From a virus (taxonomy: Duplodnaviria > Caudoviricetes), in the IMG/VR virus record IMGVR_UViG_3300036796_000058, positions 1-49,290 of that record: a DNA stretch of 49,290 bases, one strand, 5' to 3'. Positions 19,020 through 27,487 of the stretch are shown piece after piece. The stretch's first letter is position 1. The number at the start of each line of letters is the position of its first letter. The notes beneath the pieces are model-generated. The model ran no database searches. It worked only from the letters and a program-made list of their open reading frames with translations, and was not told the origin of the DNA. The translations under genes were made by a program, and so were the position numbers.

Positions 19020-20403
19020 AGTTTGGATCCTGCGGTGGTGGTGGCTGGTACGCTGAAAGTGTGCCCATATCGATGATCAGCGGGATATCCCCATACGTTT
19101 TCGTGGAGTTGGCGACATTGGAAAGCCAATCGGTCAGATTCGCCCGGTTTACCGGATCCACCTGAGGGGAAACGGCTGAGAACAATGCAACGGCCTGCTG
19201 AACAACCTTGCTGTCGCTTTCCCTGTGCTTATCCGGGGACTCTTCTACCAACTCCTGCCATTCCGCTCTAAATTCCCGCCGCCACGCGTAAAACGTGGTC
19301 TGATAATCCTCAGTAACCACTTCGGGATAATCGTTTTTCAGCGCGTCGAAAAAATCTTCTGTCCACGCGATGTACTGCACCATATGTTCGAAATAATCCA
19401 TCACCGGCCCGATGGCTTCACGCACTCCGTCGATGTACTGGCTTATGGCTTTCGAATCTTCCGTCCCCTCGCCCCACCCTTGAGAAAAGGCCTCTTCCTT
19501 AATGAGTACAGCGGGAACGTCACTGCCTGAGGCAATATCACTAATGATGTTGTCTCGGGCAGTGTTGGAAGCCTTGTCGATGTTCTGTAGGTTCAGAGAT
19601 TCGATATCGTCGTTCTTCCCGATATTAATCACCCCCCCAGTACGGGCAATCTTCACAACTTCGCGCTTAAACCGCGACGCGGCCGCTTTGATACCGCTCA
19701 TGACAGAGCCACTCTGCTCAGTTTTTGCAACGAGAACGCCTGCTTTTTGGCTGATCAGATCGTTGGTCGTCATGGTGCCAACGTATGATTTCATCGGGAA
19801 AAGAATTCGCTGAAACACGCTTCGGCCAGTGAAACCGAACGTTGAATTCTGGTATTCGAGATAAATTGGAGTGCCGTTAAAGATTTTCAGCGCGCGCGAC
19901 GGGTGCCAGTTCTTACCGCTGATTTTTAATGTCTGGTTGGCCTGCTGGAAGTAGCGGCTGTTCGGATTCTGATCAGTCACCATCGAACCGGCAGCATTCA
20001 ATGGATCCCAGACATTGATATAAACATCCTCTTCTCTTAGGCCAAACGTTGGCAGCGGGTCTTTGCATGCCGTCCCATCCGTACCAACGCCAATTGCGGC
20101 AGCGCCGTAGCAGCGGGAGACGAAGAAAAGGTTCTTTATCCTCTCGTCCATCCCCATTCGCTTCCATACCTTCTCAAACTGGCGCACAACACGCTCATCA
20201 GGGTCGGTTTCAACGTTGTAACGGCGGGGCTTGCACATCGCCATGGTGATCGGCTTTTCAACCAGCTTCCCGCCGAGAGGGTGATACTGCCAGAGAAGCT
20301 TGCACAGCTCGTAACCGACATCTGTTCCCGGCTGTATCTCGTCAGATTCCAGAATTTTTGACAGCTGCGAACTGAGATTTGAATTGAACTGAATTTCTGC
20401 CAT
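18976..20403 (-). CDS. Portal protein (DUF1073-like)
   Basis: 475 aa after TerL; SRCYGAAAI, WHPSR, GRSVFQ motifs. Confidence 0.85.
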   Translation of the reverse strand: MAEIQFNSNLSSQLSKILESDEIQPGTDVGYELCKLLWQYHPLGGKLVEKPITMAMCKPRRYNVETDPDERVVRQFEKVWKRMGMDERIKNLFFVSRCYGAAAIGVGTDGTACKDPLPTFGLREEDVYINVWDPLNAAGSMVTDQNPNSRYFQQANQTLKISGKNWHPSRALKIFNGTPIYLEYQNSTFGFTGRSVFQRILFPMKSYVGTMTTNDLISQKAGVLVAKTEQSGSVMSGIKAAASRFKREVVKIARTGGVINIGKNDDIESLNLQNIDKASNTARDNIISDIASGSDVPAVLIKEEAFSQGWGEGTEDSKAISQYIDGVREAIGPVMDYFEHMVQYIAWTEDFFDALKNDYPEVVTEDYQTTFYAWRREFRAEWQELVEESPDKHRESDSKVVQQAVALFSAVSPQVDPVNRANLTDWLSNVANSTKTYGDIPLIIDMGTLSAYQPPPPQDPNYGGQTNLPTVEEEE

Positions 20404-20420
20404 TTACAGAATTCCTATTT

Positions 20421-21746
20421 TTATAACGCCTCGTAGTTGCCGAACGCGATGATCAGCCCGTACGTGTAGCCGTCGAAAAGGTCATCGGCGCGTTTGTGGG
20501 CTTTGGGGTCTGCCAGGTGGAAACCTGCAATCTGGCGCCAGAGGTGGTTAGCGGTTTTCTTTTTGAACTCCACCGTTTTATCGAAGGCTTCCTGCGTGAT
20601 TTTGCATTTACCCTGGTAGTGGTGGCCTGATGCCAGAACAGCGCGCTCATCCTTCCCTTTCGAGGTCAGCACCGATTTAATCGGGGTCATGTCCCAGTCT
20701 TCGGTTTCGGCTTTCTGGTTCAGTACTGCGCCCATTGCGGCGTCTTCCATAAACACGCCCTGACTCCCCAGGCGTGGACGGCAGATTTTTGACAGCCGCT
20801 CGAGATTGTCGTAAACGCTGGGCATGTACTCAGGAAGAAGTGACGCTTTAATCTGCGTGACATCCCAATCAATGACCCACAGGCGCGGCTCTGAATAGGT
20901 TTCCTCATATGCGAAATATACGAAGCCTGTACCGTCGTTTTCTGAACCACCTTTTAATGCTGTGTCACCAACGGCGAAAATCATGTCGCAGGTCGTCGGC
21001 ATTGCTACCGGCTTGCTATCCACCAGCATTTTTTCAATATCGAGAAACGCGTCTTTCGACCAGTCGATAAACTCAGCCAGAAACTCCTGCTGCCATACAC
21101 GCGGATCCGTGTTCTTTTCCATTTCCGCCAGTTCTTCCGGAGGAAGATGCGGGTTAGTCGCAGACGGCGCGTGATGCTCATGGAATCCGTGCACAGGGTC
21201 ATTGCAGATGGCATAGAAAAAGTTCTGATCGTTGATTCCGTCTGGCGTGGAGAATACCCACGCTCTGCCACGGTAATCGACCAATGTCGGCTTAATAGCG
21301 CGGGGCCAGATTTCTTCCAGCATTTCCGGCGATTTGGTAAATGCCGCTTCATCAATCAGCACTGCGTGATACTTACGCCCACGACCTGCCAGTTTGTTAT
21401 CGTCTGTTACCCAGAAATCTATCTTGCCGCCGTTTTTAAGCAGGATCCGCTTTTCACTGCGGGACTGCGTTTTAATCAGCGGCCCTAGATACGCGATCAG
21501 TTCATCGAAAATCTCCTGATATTGCCGGTATTGCGCAGTGAAGATACCGACACGTCCAGCGATAGATTTTTTGGTGCCGGGTATTAAAAACTTATTCGTC
21601 ACGTAGCTGATCGCGATATCAACCAACATGACCGTTTTACCCCAGCGACGGCCACAACGGACGGCGTTATAACGGTATTCGCTGCCCTCCGTCCAAACCC
21701 GCAGCTGCTCGGCGTGCAGTTCGGGAATGAATATTTCCTTCATCAT
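20421..21746 (-). CDS. Terminase large subunit
   Basis: Walker A CGRRWGKT, Walker B VLIDEAAF, FSTP motif, C-terminal ADDLFD nuclease motif. Confidence 0.92.
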   Translation of the reverse strand: MMKEIFIPELHAEQLRVWTEGSEYRYNAVRCGRRWGKTVMLVDIAISYVTNKFLIPGTKKSIAGRVGIFTAQYRQYQEIFDELIAYLGPLIKTQSRSEKRILLKNGGKIDFWVTDDNKLAGRGRKYHAVLIDEAAFTKSPEMLEEIWPRAIKPTLVDYRGRAWVFSTPDGINDQNFFYAICNDPVHGFHEHHAPSATNPHLPPEELAEMEKNTDPRVWQQEFLAEFIDWSKDAFLDIEKMLVDSKPVAMPTTCDMIFAVGDTALKGGSENDGTGFVYFAYEETYSEPRLWVIDWDVTQIKASLLPEYMPSVYDNLERLSKICRPRLGSQGVFMEDAAMGAVLNQKAETEDWDMTPIKSVLTSKGKDERAVLASGHHYQGKCKITQEAFDKTVEFKKKTANHLWRQIAGFHLADPKAHKRADDLFDGYTYGLIIAFGNYEAL

Positions 21747-22798
21747 TCATCTTCCTGCGTGTCCTGCTGCACTGCGCCGGGTACTTTCAGCGCACCGTGG
21801 ATAATGACCATATCGCCTGACTTGCCCGCGCCCTTCCTGATGCTTTCAATTTCAGCCTGAATTTTTTCATTGCTCAGACGCACGCGCTCGATTTCCAGCA
21901 GGCGCAGCTCCCTGTCCTGTTCACTGGCGGCGAGATTATGGAAAGCAGCGAGGTTTTTTAGGGCGGCGTCCTGGTCACGCGTCATTACTTCAATGCCGAA
22001 TTTTGTTTTCTTCACTCCGGCAATCAAGCGGCGCGCTGGACCTACGAGATCGCGGGTATCGCTAATAAATACATCTTCGATACCTTCTCCAGCACAGCGG
22101 GGACAATCAGGGTTAGGGTCGTCGTTCGGTATAAAGTCGAGGCCGCCATATTCTGGCGCAGGTTTGCCATCCTTCGACGCTTTCTCCGCCGCCTTGTCAA
22201 ATTCGCTGATGTCCCGCCACTGATACATGAAGTTTTCACCCCAGCAGTGCCGGCAACATACACGGCGCATCTGCGAAACCTCTCCGGGGTCTGCGATGGC
22301 TATTTCATGCCAGTGCTTAAGAATGTCCTGCGCATTTAATATTGCCTGCTGGCTGAGCTGCTCAATACCCTGGTTAATCGCTCTGGCCACTGTAGCCTTG
22401 CGATAAAGCATTCGGGCATTTCTGTCGCCCCCCGTAAAACCAGCCTTGCGGTATGCTTCGTACTTATTGCGGCTTTCTAGATAGTAAGAAACAAAGAGCT
22501 TTTCCTTATCGTTCAGTTCTGCGCAGAAATGGGATCTGCGCGGATCTGCTTTTGCGCAGTTCTGAATAAAGACTTTTTGTTTCTTTCCCTGTCCGGTTGC
22601 GGGGCCAGGTTTATCTTGCGTAGTATTTTGCGCAGTTTTTTTTTGCGCATTTTTCTGCGCAGGCTTTTTTATGTAACGCCTTGCGCTGTCGTAATTCAGT
22701 CCCTGCTGTTCACACCATTCTTTCGGAGATATTCCCGTACTGGCGTGAGCGGCAGCAAACTGAGATTGCAGCTCCTTCCAGTCGGGTTTGCTCATCAA
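21743..22798 (-). CDS. Terminase small subunit with Cys-rich insertion
   Basis: N-terminal HTH, AYRKAGF motif, CCRHC...CPRC, GVKKTKFGIEV; directly before TerL. Confidence 0.85.
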   Translation of the reverse strand: MMSKPDWKELQSQFAAAHASTGISPKEWCEQQGLNYDSARRYIKKPAQKNAQKKTAQNTTQDKPGPATGQGKKQKVFIQNCAKADPRRSHFCAELNDKEKLFVSYYLESRNKYEAYRKAGFTGGDRNARMLYRKATVARAINQGIEQLSQQAILNAQDILKHWHEIAIADPGEVSQMRRVCCRHCWGENFMYQWRDISEFDKAAEKASKDGKPAPEYGGLDFIPNDDPNPDCPRCAGEGIEDVFISDTRDLVGPARRLIAGVKKTKFGIEVMTRDQDAALKNLAAFHNLAASEQDRELRLLEIERVRLSNEKIQAEIESIRKGAGKSGDMVIIHGALKVPGAVQQDTQEDE

Positions 22799-23058
22799 TC
22801 ACTGTCCTTATTGCGCGAAAGCCTCATCAGCTCGTTATAGGCGTACACGTCACCGTTGCGGGCGCGTTTGTATAACGCGCCGCGTAATTCGGCCTCTCCC
22901 TTTGCCCGCCCCTTCCTGATAGCCTCTCTGAATAAGGATATTTGTCCTCTGTCTTGTTTCAGTTCATCCAGAGAAATATCCAGCACATCAGCAATCTGTT
23001 GTTCGTTCAGGCGGCGTGCGGCCAACGCCTCAATTTTCACTATTGGTAAAGTCTGCAT
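22795..23058 (-). CDS. Small HTH protein (TerS-like) upstream of terS
   Basis: NEQQIADVLDIS HTH and FREAIRKGRAKG...ALYKRARNGD. Confidence 0.7.
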   Translation of the reverse strand: MQTLPIVKIEALAARRLNEQQIADVLDISLDELKQDRGQISLFREAIRKGRAKGEAELRGALYKRARNGDVYAYNELMRLSRNKDSD

Positions 23059-23126
23059 ATTTCCCCCGCATCCCCTCGAACGGGGGCGGTGACTCCGCTA
23101 TCGTCCAGAGCACGGAGGAAAACGCC

Positions 23127-23351
23127 ATGAAAAAGAAAATCGACGTTCTCAGGGAACTGGCCAGTAAAAACGAGTGGGAAGCGGCTATCAAACTTGCCGG
23201 GGGCTTTCCTCGCCTGGGAAATGAAGCACGGGTGATCACACGCGCTAAAGAAGCCGCGCTGAGACCAGAGTTTCAAATTCAGATGGGGAGAGATCCGGCT
23301 TTACTGATTGCCGCTGGTGTTGACGCCTTGAAGGCGAAGTATCGTCTTTAA
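23127..23351 (+). CDS. 74-aa hypothetical protein, antisense to the late operon
   Basis: GGAGG RBS before ATG 23127; stop overlaps the ParB-MTase stop. Confidence 0.7.
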   Translation: MKKKIDVLRELASKNEWEAAIKLAGGFPRLGNEARVITRAKEAALRPEFQIQMGRDPALLIAAGVDALKAKYRL

Positions 23352-24778
23352 TCTGACCCGTCAGGGAAAATATCGGTGACATCAACGTCACCGCAGGCTT
23401 CTACCGCTTTGCGCGGATCGCCTTTAACAAACACCAGTACATTTTGATGGGTTTTGCCAAGTTTTCGGCTGGCAGAAAACATCTTACCGGCGCGAACAGG
23501 CAGACTACCCGCCTGGGTTACAAGGATCGCCTCGTTGTAATAGGCCGCACCTGCATCACAAAAAGCCGATACCGTATCACTGACGAAATTGCGGTAGATT
23601 CCTTTCGCATCGCGTACTTCCCCTACCACAAAACATGCGAATCGGTCATTTTTGAGCAGGGATAGCGCATTTTTGATGATTTGGCGGTAGGCGCTGACAA
23701 ACTCAGGGTAATCCATCGTCGAAATATCAGCAGGGTCATCAGAATAAACCTCGAGATCAGCATACGGCGGGCAGCTAAACATAAAATCAGCCTGCGCCCC
23801 TTTGAAGTGCTGGTGTATGTCACGACTGTCACCACAATGCCAGTGAGGTGCAACGACACCATCAGTATCAATCTGCCACCACTGCTGACGATTCGCTTCA
23901 ACCTGTTCGCTTCTCAGGTCGCAACCAAGATACTGACGCCCAAGTTTCGCAGCGACAACACCCCGCACAGATCCACCAGCAAACGGATCGATCACCACCC
24001 CGCTATCAGGAGAAAACCAGCGATAAGCCAGTTCACAAATTACCGGGTCGAAAATACTCGTTGTTGGCAACGTTTGCAGATCAGGGTGAGCCTGGAAAAA
24101 CTCATCCCAGCTTACCGTTCTGCCAATCTTTGCCTCATACGTATTTTTCTTATCGTAAACCGCACCGCTTTGTGAAGATTTATTGAACAGTAATTCGCTA
24201 TCACGCCCCGATTCTGACTGTATGCCAAGGGCGATCCAGCTTCGCTTACGTTCCTGCCACCAGCCCTCGCGGGCATTGAGCACCGAAAACGGTGGCACAA
24301 GAAATTTTTCGGTCAGGTTTCCCGCCTTCGACTCGCCAGATAGCAGATTGTCATCAACATTGAAAAGTTCGTCGATCTCAGACTGACTGAACCCCGTGAG
24401 ATCAATGTCAAAGCCGCTATCCAGCAAATCGCTTAACTCCAGCTTTAATAGTTCATCATCCCACCCGGCGTTTAACGGTAATTTGTTGTCAGCCAGGCGA
24501 TAAGCTTTTTTCTGCTGTTCACTTAGCCCGGACAGGGTGATAGTTGGCACTTCATCAACAAAAAGCTGCTCGGCGGCCAGCAACCTGCCATGACCGGCGA
24601 TCACTTCTTCATTCTCGTCAATCAGCACCGGATTCGTCCAGCCGTACTCATTGATACTGGCGACAATCTGGCTCACCTGTTCATCGGAGTGCGTCCGGGC
24701 ATTTCTGGCATAGGCAATCAGTGAGTTGAGCGATTTATAAACAATCGCAAGGGTTGATTGATTTTTTGCTTTGGTCAT
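23348..24778 (-). CDS. ParB/Srx-domain amino (N6A/N4C) DNA methyltransferase fusion
   Basis: YARNARTH...IAGHGRLLAA...LADNK ParB domain; DPFAGG (motif I) and SCPPY (motif IV). Confidence 0.85.
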   Translation of the reverse strand: MTKAKNQSTLAIVYKSLNSLIAYARNARTHSDEQVSQIVASINEYGWTNPVLIDENEEVIAGHGRLLAAEQLFVDEVPTITLSGLSEQQKKAYRLADNKLPLNAGWDDELLKLELSDLLDSGFDIDLTGFSQSEIDELFNVDDNLLSGESKAGNLTEKFLVPPFSVLNAREGWWQERKRSWIALGIQSESGRDSELLFNKSSQSGAVYDKKNTYEAKIGRTVSWDEFFQAHPDLQTLPTTSIFDPVICELAYRWFSPDSGVVIDPFAGGSVRGVVAAKLGRQYLGCDLRSEQVEANRQQWWQIDTDGVVAPHWHCGDSRDIHQHFKGAQADFMFSCPPYADLEVYSDDPADISTMDYPEFVSAYRQIIKNALSLLKNDRFACFVVGEVRDAKGIYRNFVSDTVSAFCDAGAAYYNEAILVTQAGSLPVRAGKMFSASRKLGKTHQNVLVFVKGDPRKAVEACGDVDVTDIFPDGSD

Positions 24779-24897
24779 GTGGGTTGATCCAATACTATGA
24801 CCCGGCTTGTACAAGCTGGTGGGCCTTGGTTGTACTCATGACCTCGCTTATGGGTGCAATGGCCGTCAGTAGCTCCAACTACCGACGGTCGCCCATT
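24773..24897 (-). promoter_or_regulatory. Structured 5' leader of the ParB-MTase gene (candidate cis-regulatory RNA)
   Basis: GACCGTCGGTAG/CTACTGACGGCC hairpin, GCTTGTACAAGC palindrome, two GGTCAT copies complementary to the ATGACC start. Confidence 0.5.
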
Positions 24898-24992
24898 CTC
24901 CGTTTTCCCAAAGGGAATCACTCCAACTGAAAGTCAAACCCACTTCTGGCAATGCGCAGGGTGCGCGGCGGGACCATCACGGCTTTAACAAT

Positions 24993-25028
24993 CACTATCG
25001 GGCGCCATCGTAATGACACCCTGTAGTG
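24993..25028 (-). repeat. 36-nt hairpin element, copy B
   Basis: Plus strand CACTATCG-GGCGCCA-TCGTAA-TGACACC-CTGTAGTG; same architecture as 28826-28861. Confidence 0.7.
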
Positions 25029-25037
25029 GCTGCTGTT

Positions 25038-25655
25038 TTAAATCCGGCAAAAGGCATAGCTACCAATGCCATCACGACCAAGCTCGCTCTCGCGGTTGTT
25101 GTGCTCCACCAGCTTAAATCCGTTGGCCGCAAACCACTTTATGAGTCCATCATGAGTCCAGTACCAGATATGCTCATCACGGCGGAAATGGCGGGACCGC
25201 AGTACATGTTCTGCACCCTCAAAGATGGGTACTGAAACAAATACCCATTTTTCCGCCCGAGCGATGGCAACCTCTGGCCGATCGATATGTTCCAGGGAAT
25301 CCCAGAACGTCAGCGCCGGATATCGGTCATGGTATAAATACGCCCACTGTCCTCGCGCTTTCAGCCACTCAACGCCCGCAGGATTTACATCAAATCCCTT
25401 GGTATCCGGACGTGCTTCAACAAATTGCCCGGCACCGATACCAACATCAAGAACAACACCGCTGTAATATCGCGAAACTAACTGGATCCGTGCCGCAGTC
25501 AACTCTCTACCTAGTTCGGTATCAGCCAGTTGCTGGTATCGTGAAAAATAATCTTCATCGTACGGTCGCGCAGACTTCGGTACCGGATAACGCCCCATGC
25601 CCAATTCAGGCAACCAGGCCAAGCCGTGTTTGATTTGCTCAGAGAAATACTTCAT
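25038..25655 (-). CDS. Class I SAM-dependent methyltransferase (small-molecule/sugar type)
   Basis: VLDVGIGAGQF motif I, GFDVN, FWDSLEHI; ATGA-coupled to the upstream GT. Confidence 0.85.
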   Translation of the reverse strand: MKYFSEQIKHGLAWLPELGMGRYPVPKSARPYDEDYFSRYQQLADTELGRELTAARIQLVSRYYSGVVLDVGIGAGQFVEARPDTKGFDVNPAGVEWLKARGQWAYLYHDRYPALTFWDSLEHIDRPEVAIARAEKWVFVSVPIFEGAEHVLRSRHFRRDEHIWYWTHDGLIKWFAANGFKLVEHNNRESELGRDGIGSYAFCRI

Positions 25656-26560
25656 GCGGCCGCTCGCTTTCGTGATACTTGATAGGCGTCTTCGATAAAA
25701 GGCTTAACCCGCAAGGAAAGCCCGTTGATTGTTTTATCGCATGCGTGTTGCATTTCCTGGCATCGGCAATAGTTATCCGGATACACAAATAATGCCCGGG
25801 ATAAATCCATACAACGGGGATCGGTAACTTTAGCGTGATGGTTATTGCCACCATTACCGCCCTGCAAGCAGATCATTGTTTTGCCGTAAGCCAGCGCGGC
25901 GTGCATGACAACACATGCGCCCGTCAGCACAATATCGGCTCGCTCCACCAGCGCCAGCATCTGCGTGATAGACAGCTGGCCATCGTGTAGTTTCCGATGC
26001 GCGAACGGCTCAATATCGGGGATCCACTCTTTGCCCGGTTCGTTGTCGGCAATGCTGATGACGTAGAAACCACGGTTCGCCAACAGGCGAGAAACCTCGT
26101 CCACGTATTTGTTCAGCGGGCCGCGGCTCGCGTTATGCCACTCCGTCCGTTCGGTAGTAGGCCGGATCACAGCAACCGGCTTGCCGTCCGGTACCGAAAT
26201 GTCCGGCGCGGGATAATGCGGTAAATCCATACGCGCTGGCGCGGTACCGAACTGCTGTTCCATCGCGTCGAAGATGCTGCCCGACTGCAGGTGACCATTG
26301 CCGTAGAAGATGCGCTGGCGCGGGACGCCTGGCGGTTCGGATTCAAAGGTTACCGCCGTGTGCTGCTCGTTTTTCTTTTGTGTACGCAATGGCGTATTGG
26401 TTTTGACGAAATGGACATTTGGGATCCCGGCATAAATTTCCGGAAGTGGCGTTTTTAGCCAGATTTCCTTTCCCTTTTTCGCCAGCGCGCTGATGAAACA
26501 GCGCTGGTTAATATTGTCGCCAATTCCGTGCATCCCTTCGAAGTAGACTTTCTCAGGCAT
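25652..26560 (-). CDS. GT-B glycosyltransferase, GT9 (heptosyltransferase)-like
   Basis: N-terminal HGIGD; LSITQMLALVERADIVLTG...MHAALAYGK matches the GT9 C-terminal pattern. Confidence 0.75.
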   Translation of the reverse strand: MPEKVYFEGMHGIGDNINQRCFISALAKKGKEIWLKTPLPEIYAGIPNVHFVKTNTPLRTQKKNEQHTAVTFESEPPGVPRQRIFYGNGHLQSGSIFDAMEQQFGTAPARMDLPHYPAPDISVPDGKPVAVIRPTTERTEWHNASRGPLNKYVDEVSRLLANRGFYVISIADNEPGKEWIPDIEPFAHRKLHDGQLSITQMLALVERADIVLTGACVVMHAALAYGKTMICLQGGNGGNNHHAKVTDPRCMDLSRALFVYPDNYCRCQEMQHACDKTINGLSLRVKPFIEDAYQVSRKRAAA

Positions 26561-27098
26561 AAAATAGGTTCTCGAGAGTATTTGTTGGAAAACAGGTTAA
26601 AGCGGTGTGCCTGGTGCAGTTGATGATTTCAACATCTGGCAGCTCAACGGCCAGCGCGGAGAAATCACTGTGCCAGCGGTTTACTTCTTCGTGAGTCGGG
26701 TTGTGCATTTTGCCAGGATGCTCGCCGTGCCAGTGGGCGCCGTTCTTGAGTGTGCAGTCGTAGCCGAGCAGAATGATCCGCTGCGCGCCGCGGTGTGCTG
26801 CAAACTGAATGGCTCGCTGGCCGGAGTTAAATGCTCCCTCAGCTGGCGGCTTGAATAGTTTCAGCCCATACCGATTTTTCGCCCTAACACTGACTGTCCA
26901 GCGCTGCGCTGCGATGTTGATTTCATCGTGGTATCGCTGCCACCATGCATAATCTGAAGCGAAGATGTGATGGCATTCAGGGGCCATTTGCCAGCTCGAG
27001 TTCACAGCGATAATTTTGTGGCCGGTACGTGCGGCAAGTAGGCAATCGGCGCGCTGCAGTGAAGGACCGCTGGCGATACAGATAAAAGTTTCCGACAT
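26553..27098 (-). CDS. Maf/MptE-like (DUF115-type) nucleotide-sugar transferase-fold protein
   Basis: CIASGPSL, IIAVN, FNSGQRAIQFA, IILLGYD and IINCT motifs; likely start MSETF at 27098. Confidence 0.7.
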   Translation of the reverse strand: MSETFICIASGPSLQRADCLLAARTGHKIIAVNSSWQMAPECHHIFASDYAWWQRYHDEINIAAQRWTVSVRAKNRYGLKLFKPPAEGAFNSGQRAIQFAAHRGAQRIILLGYDCTLKNGAHWHGEHPGKMHNPTHEEVNRWHSDFSALAVELPDVEIINCTRHTALTCFPTNTLENLFYA

Positions 27099-27114
27099 TT
27101 TTTCTATTAAAATA

Positions 27115-27143
27115 TTGACGTATCGCGCGCGCGATATTATATT
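27115..27143 (+). promoter_or_regulatory. Sigma70 promoter TTGACG-N17-TATATT with a perfect 16-bp palindrome (TATCGCGCGCGCGATA) in the spacer
   Basis: Near-consensus -35/-10 at 17-bp spacing ahead of the plus-strand operon; palindrome 27121-27136. Confidence 0.8.
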
Positions 27144-27207
27144 AACCACATCAGCAAGACTGATAACCGACATGGCGGGCTCCATGAGTTCAGATAAGGT
27201 TCATTCC

Positions 27208-27471
27208 ATGAAATATTTCGCATATTACAACCGCATGACTAATTACCAAACTCCACTCACCGCAATCGATGTGATAAATGCCAGTATGAAGGCCAATATT
27301 TACATCTATCGTGTTAACGATGACCTAGCCAACCGACTTATAAAAAAGTACGGAAAAAACAAGGCGCTAAATTCTCAGACTCTCATTGAAGTCAGCTATG
27401 ACGATGCGCATACAATTCAGCCTGACAGTAAGCAACATATCGCTGTTATTTCTGAAAATTACTTTGACTAA
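27208..27471 (+). CDS. Hypothetical protein, first gene of the recombinase operon
   Basis: MKYFAYYNRM..., AAGGT RBS, AT-rich; start could be 27172 or 27184. Confidence 0.65.
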   Translation: MKYFAYYNRMTNYQTPLTAIDVINASMKANIYIYRVNDDLANRLIKKYGKNKALNSQTLIEVSYDDAHTIQPDSKQHIAVISENYFD

Positions 27472-27487
27472 GCATGGGAATAAATTT

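Noticed and set aside
25038-27098. Classical gtrABC O-antigen conversion locus
   Set aside because: No flippase, bactoprenol glucosyltransferase or polytopic membrane protein; late-operon location
27099-27185. N-terminal extension of the Maf-like ORF to 27185 and of the opposite ORF to 27016
   Set aside because: The stretch is a promoter/operator region; family-like sequence begins at MSETF (27098) and the plus ORF has an RBS at 27208
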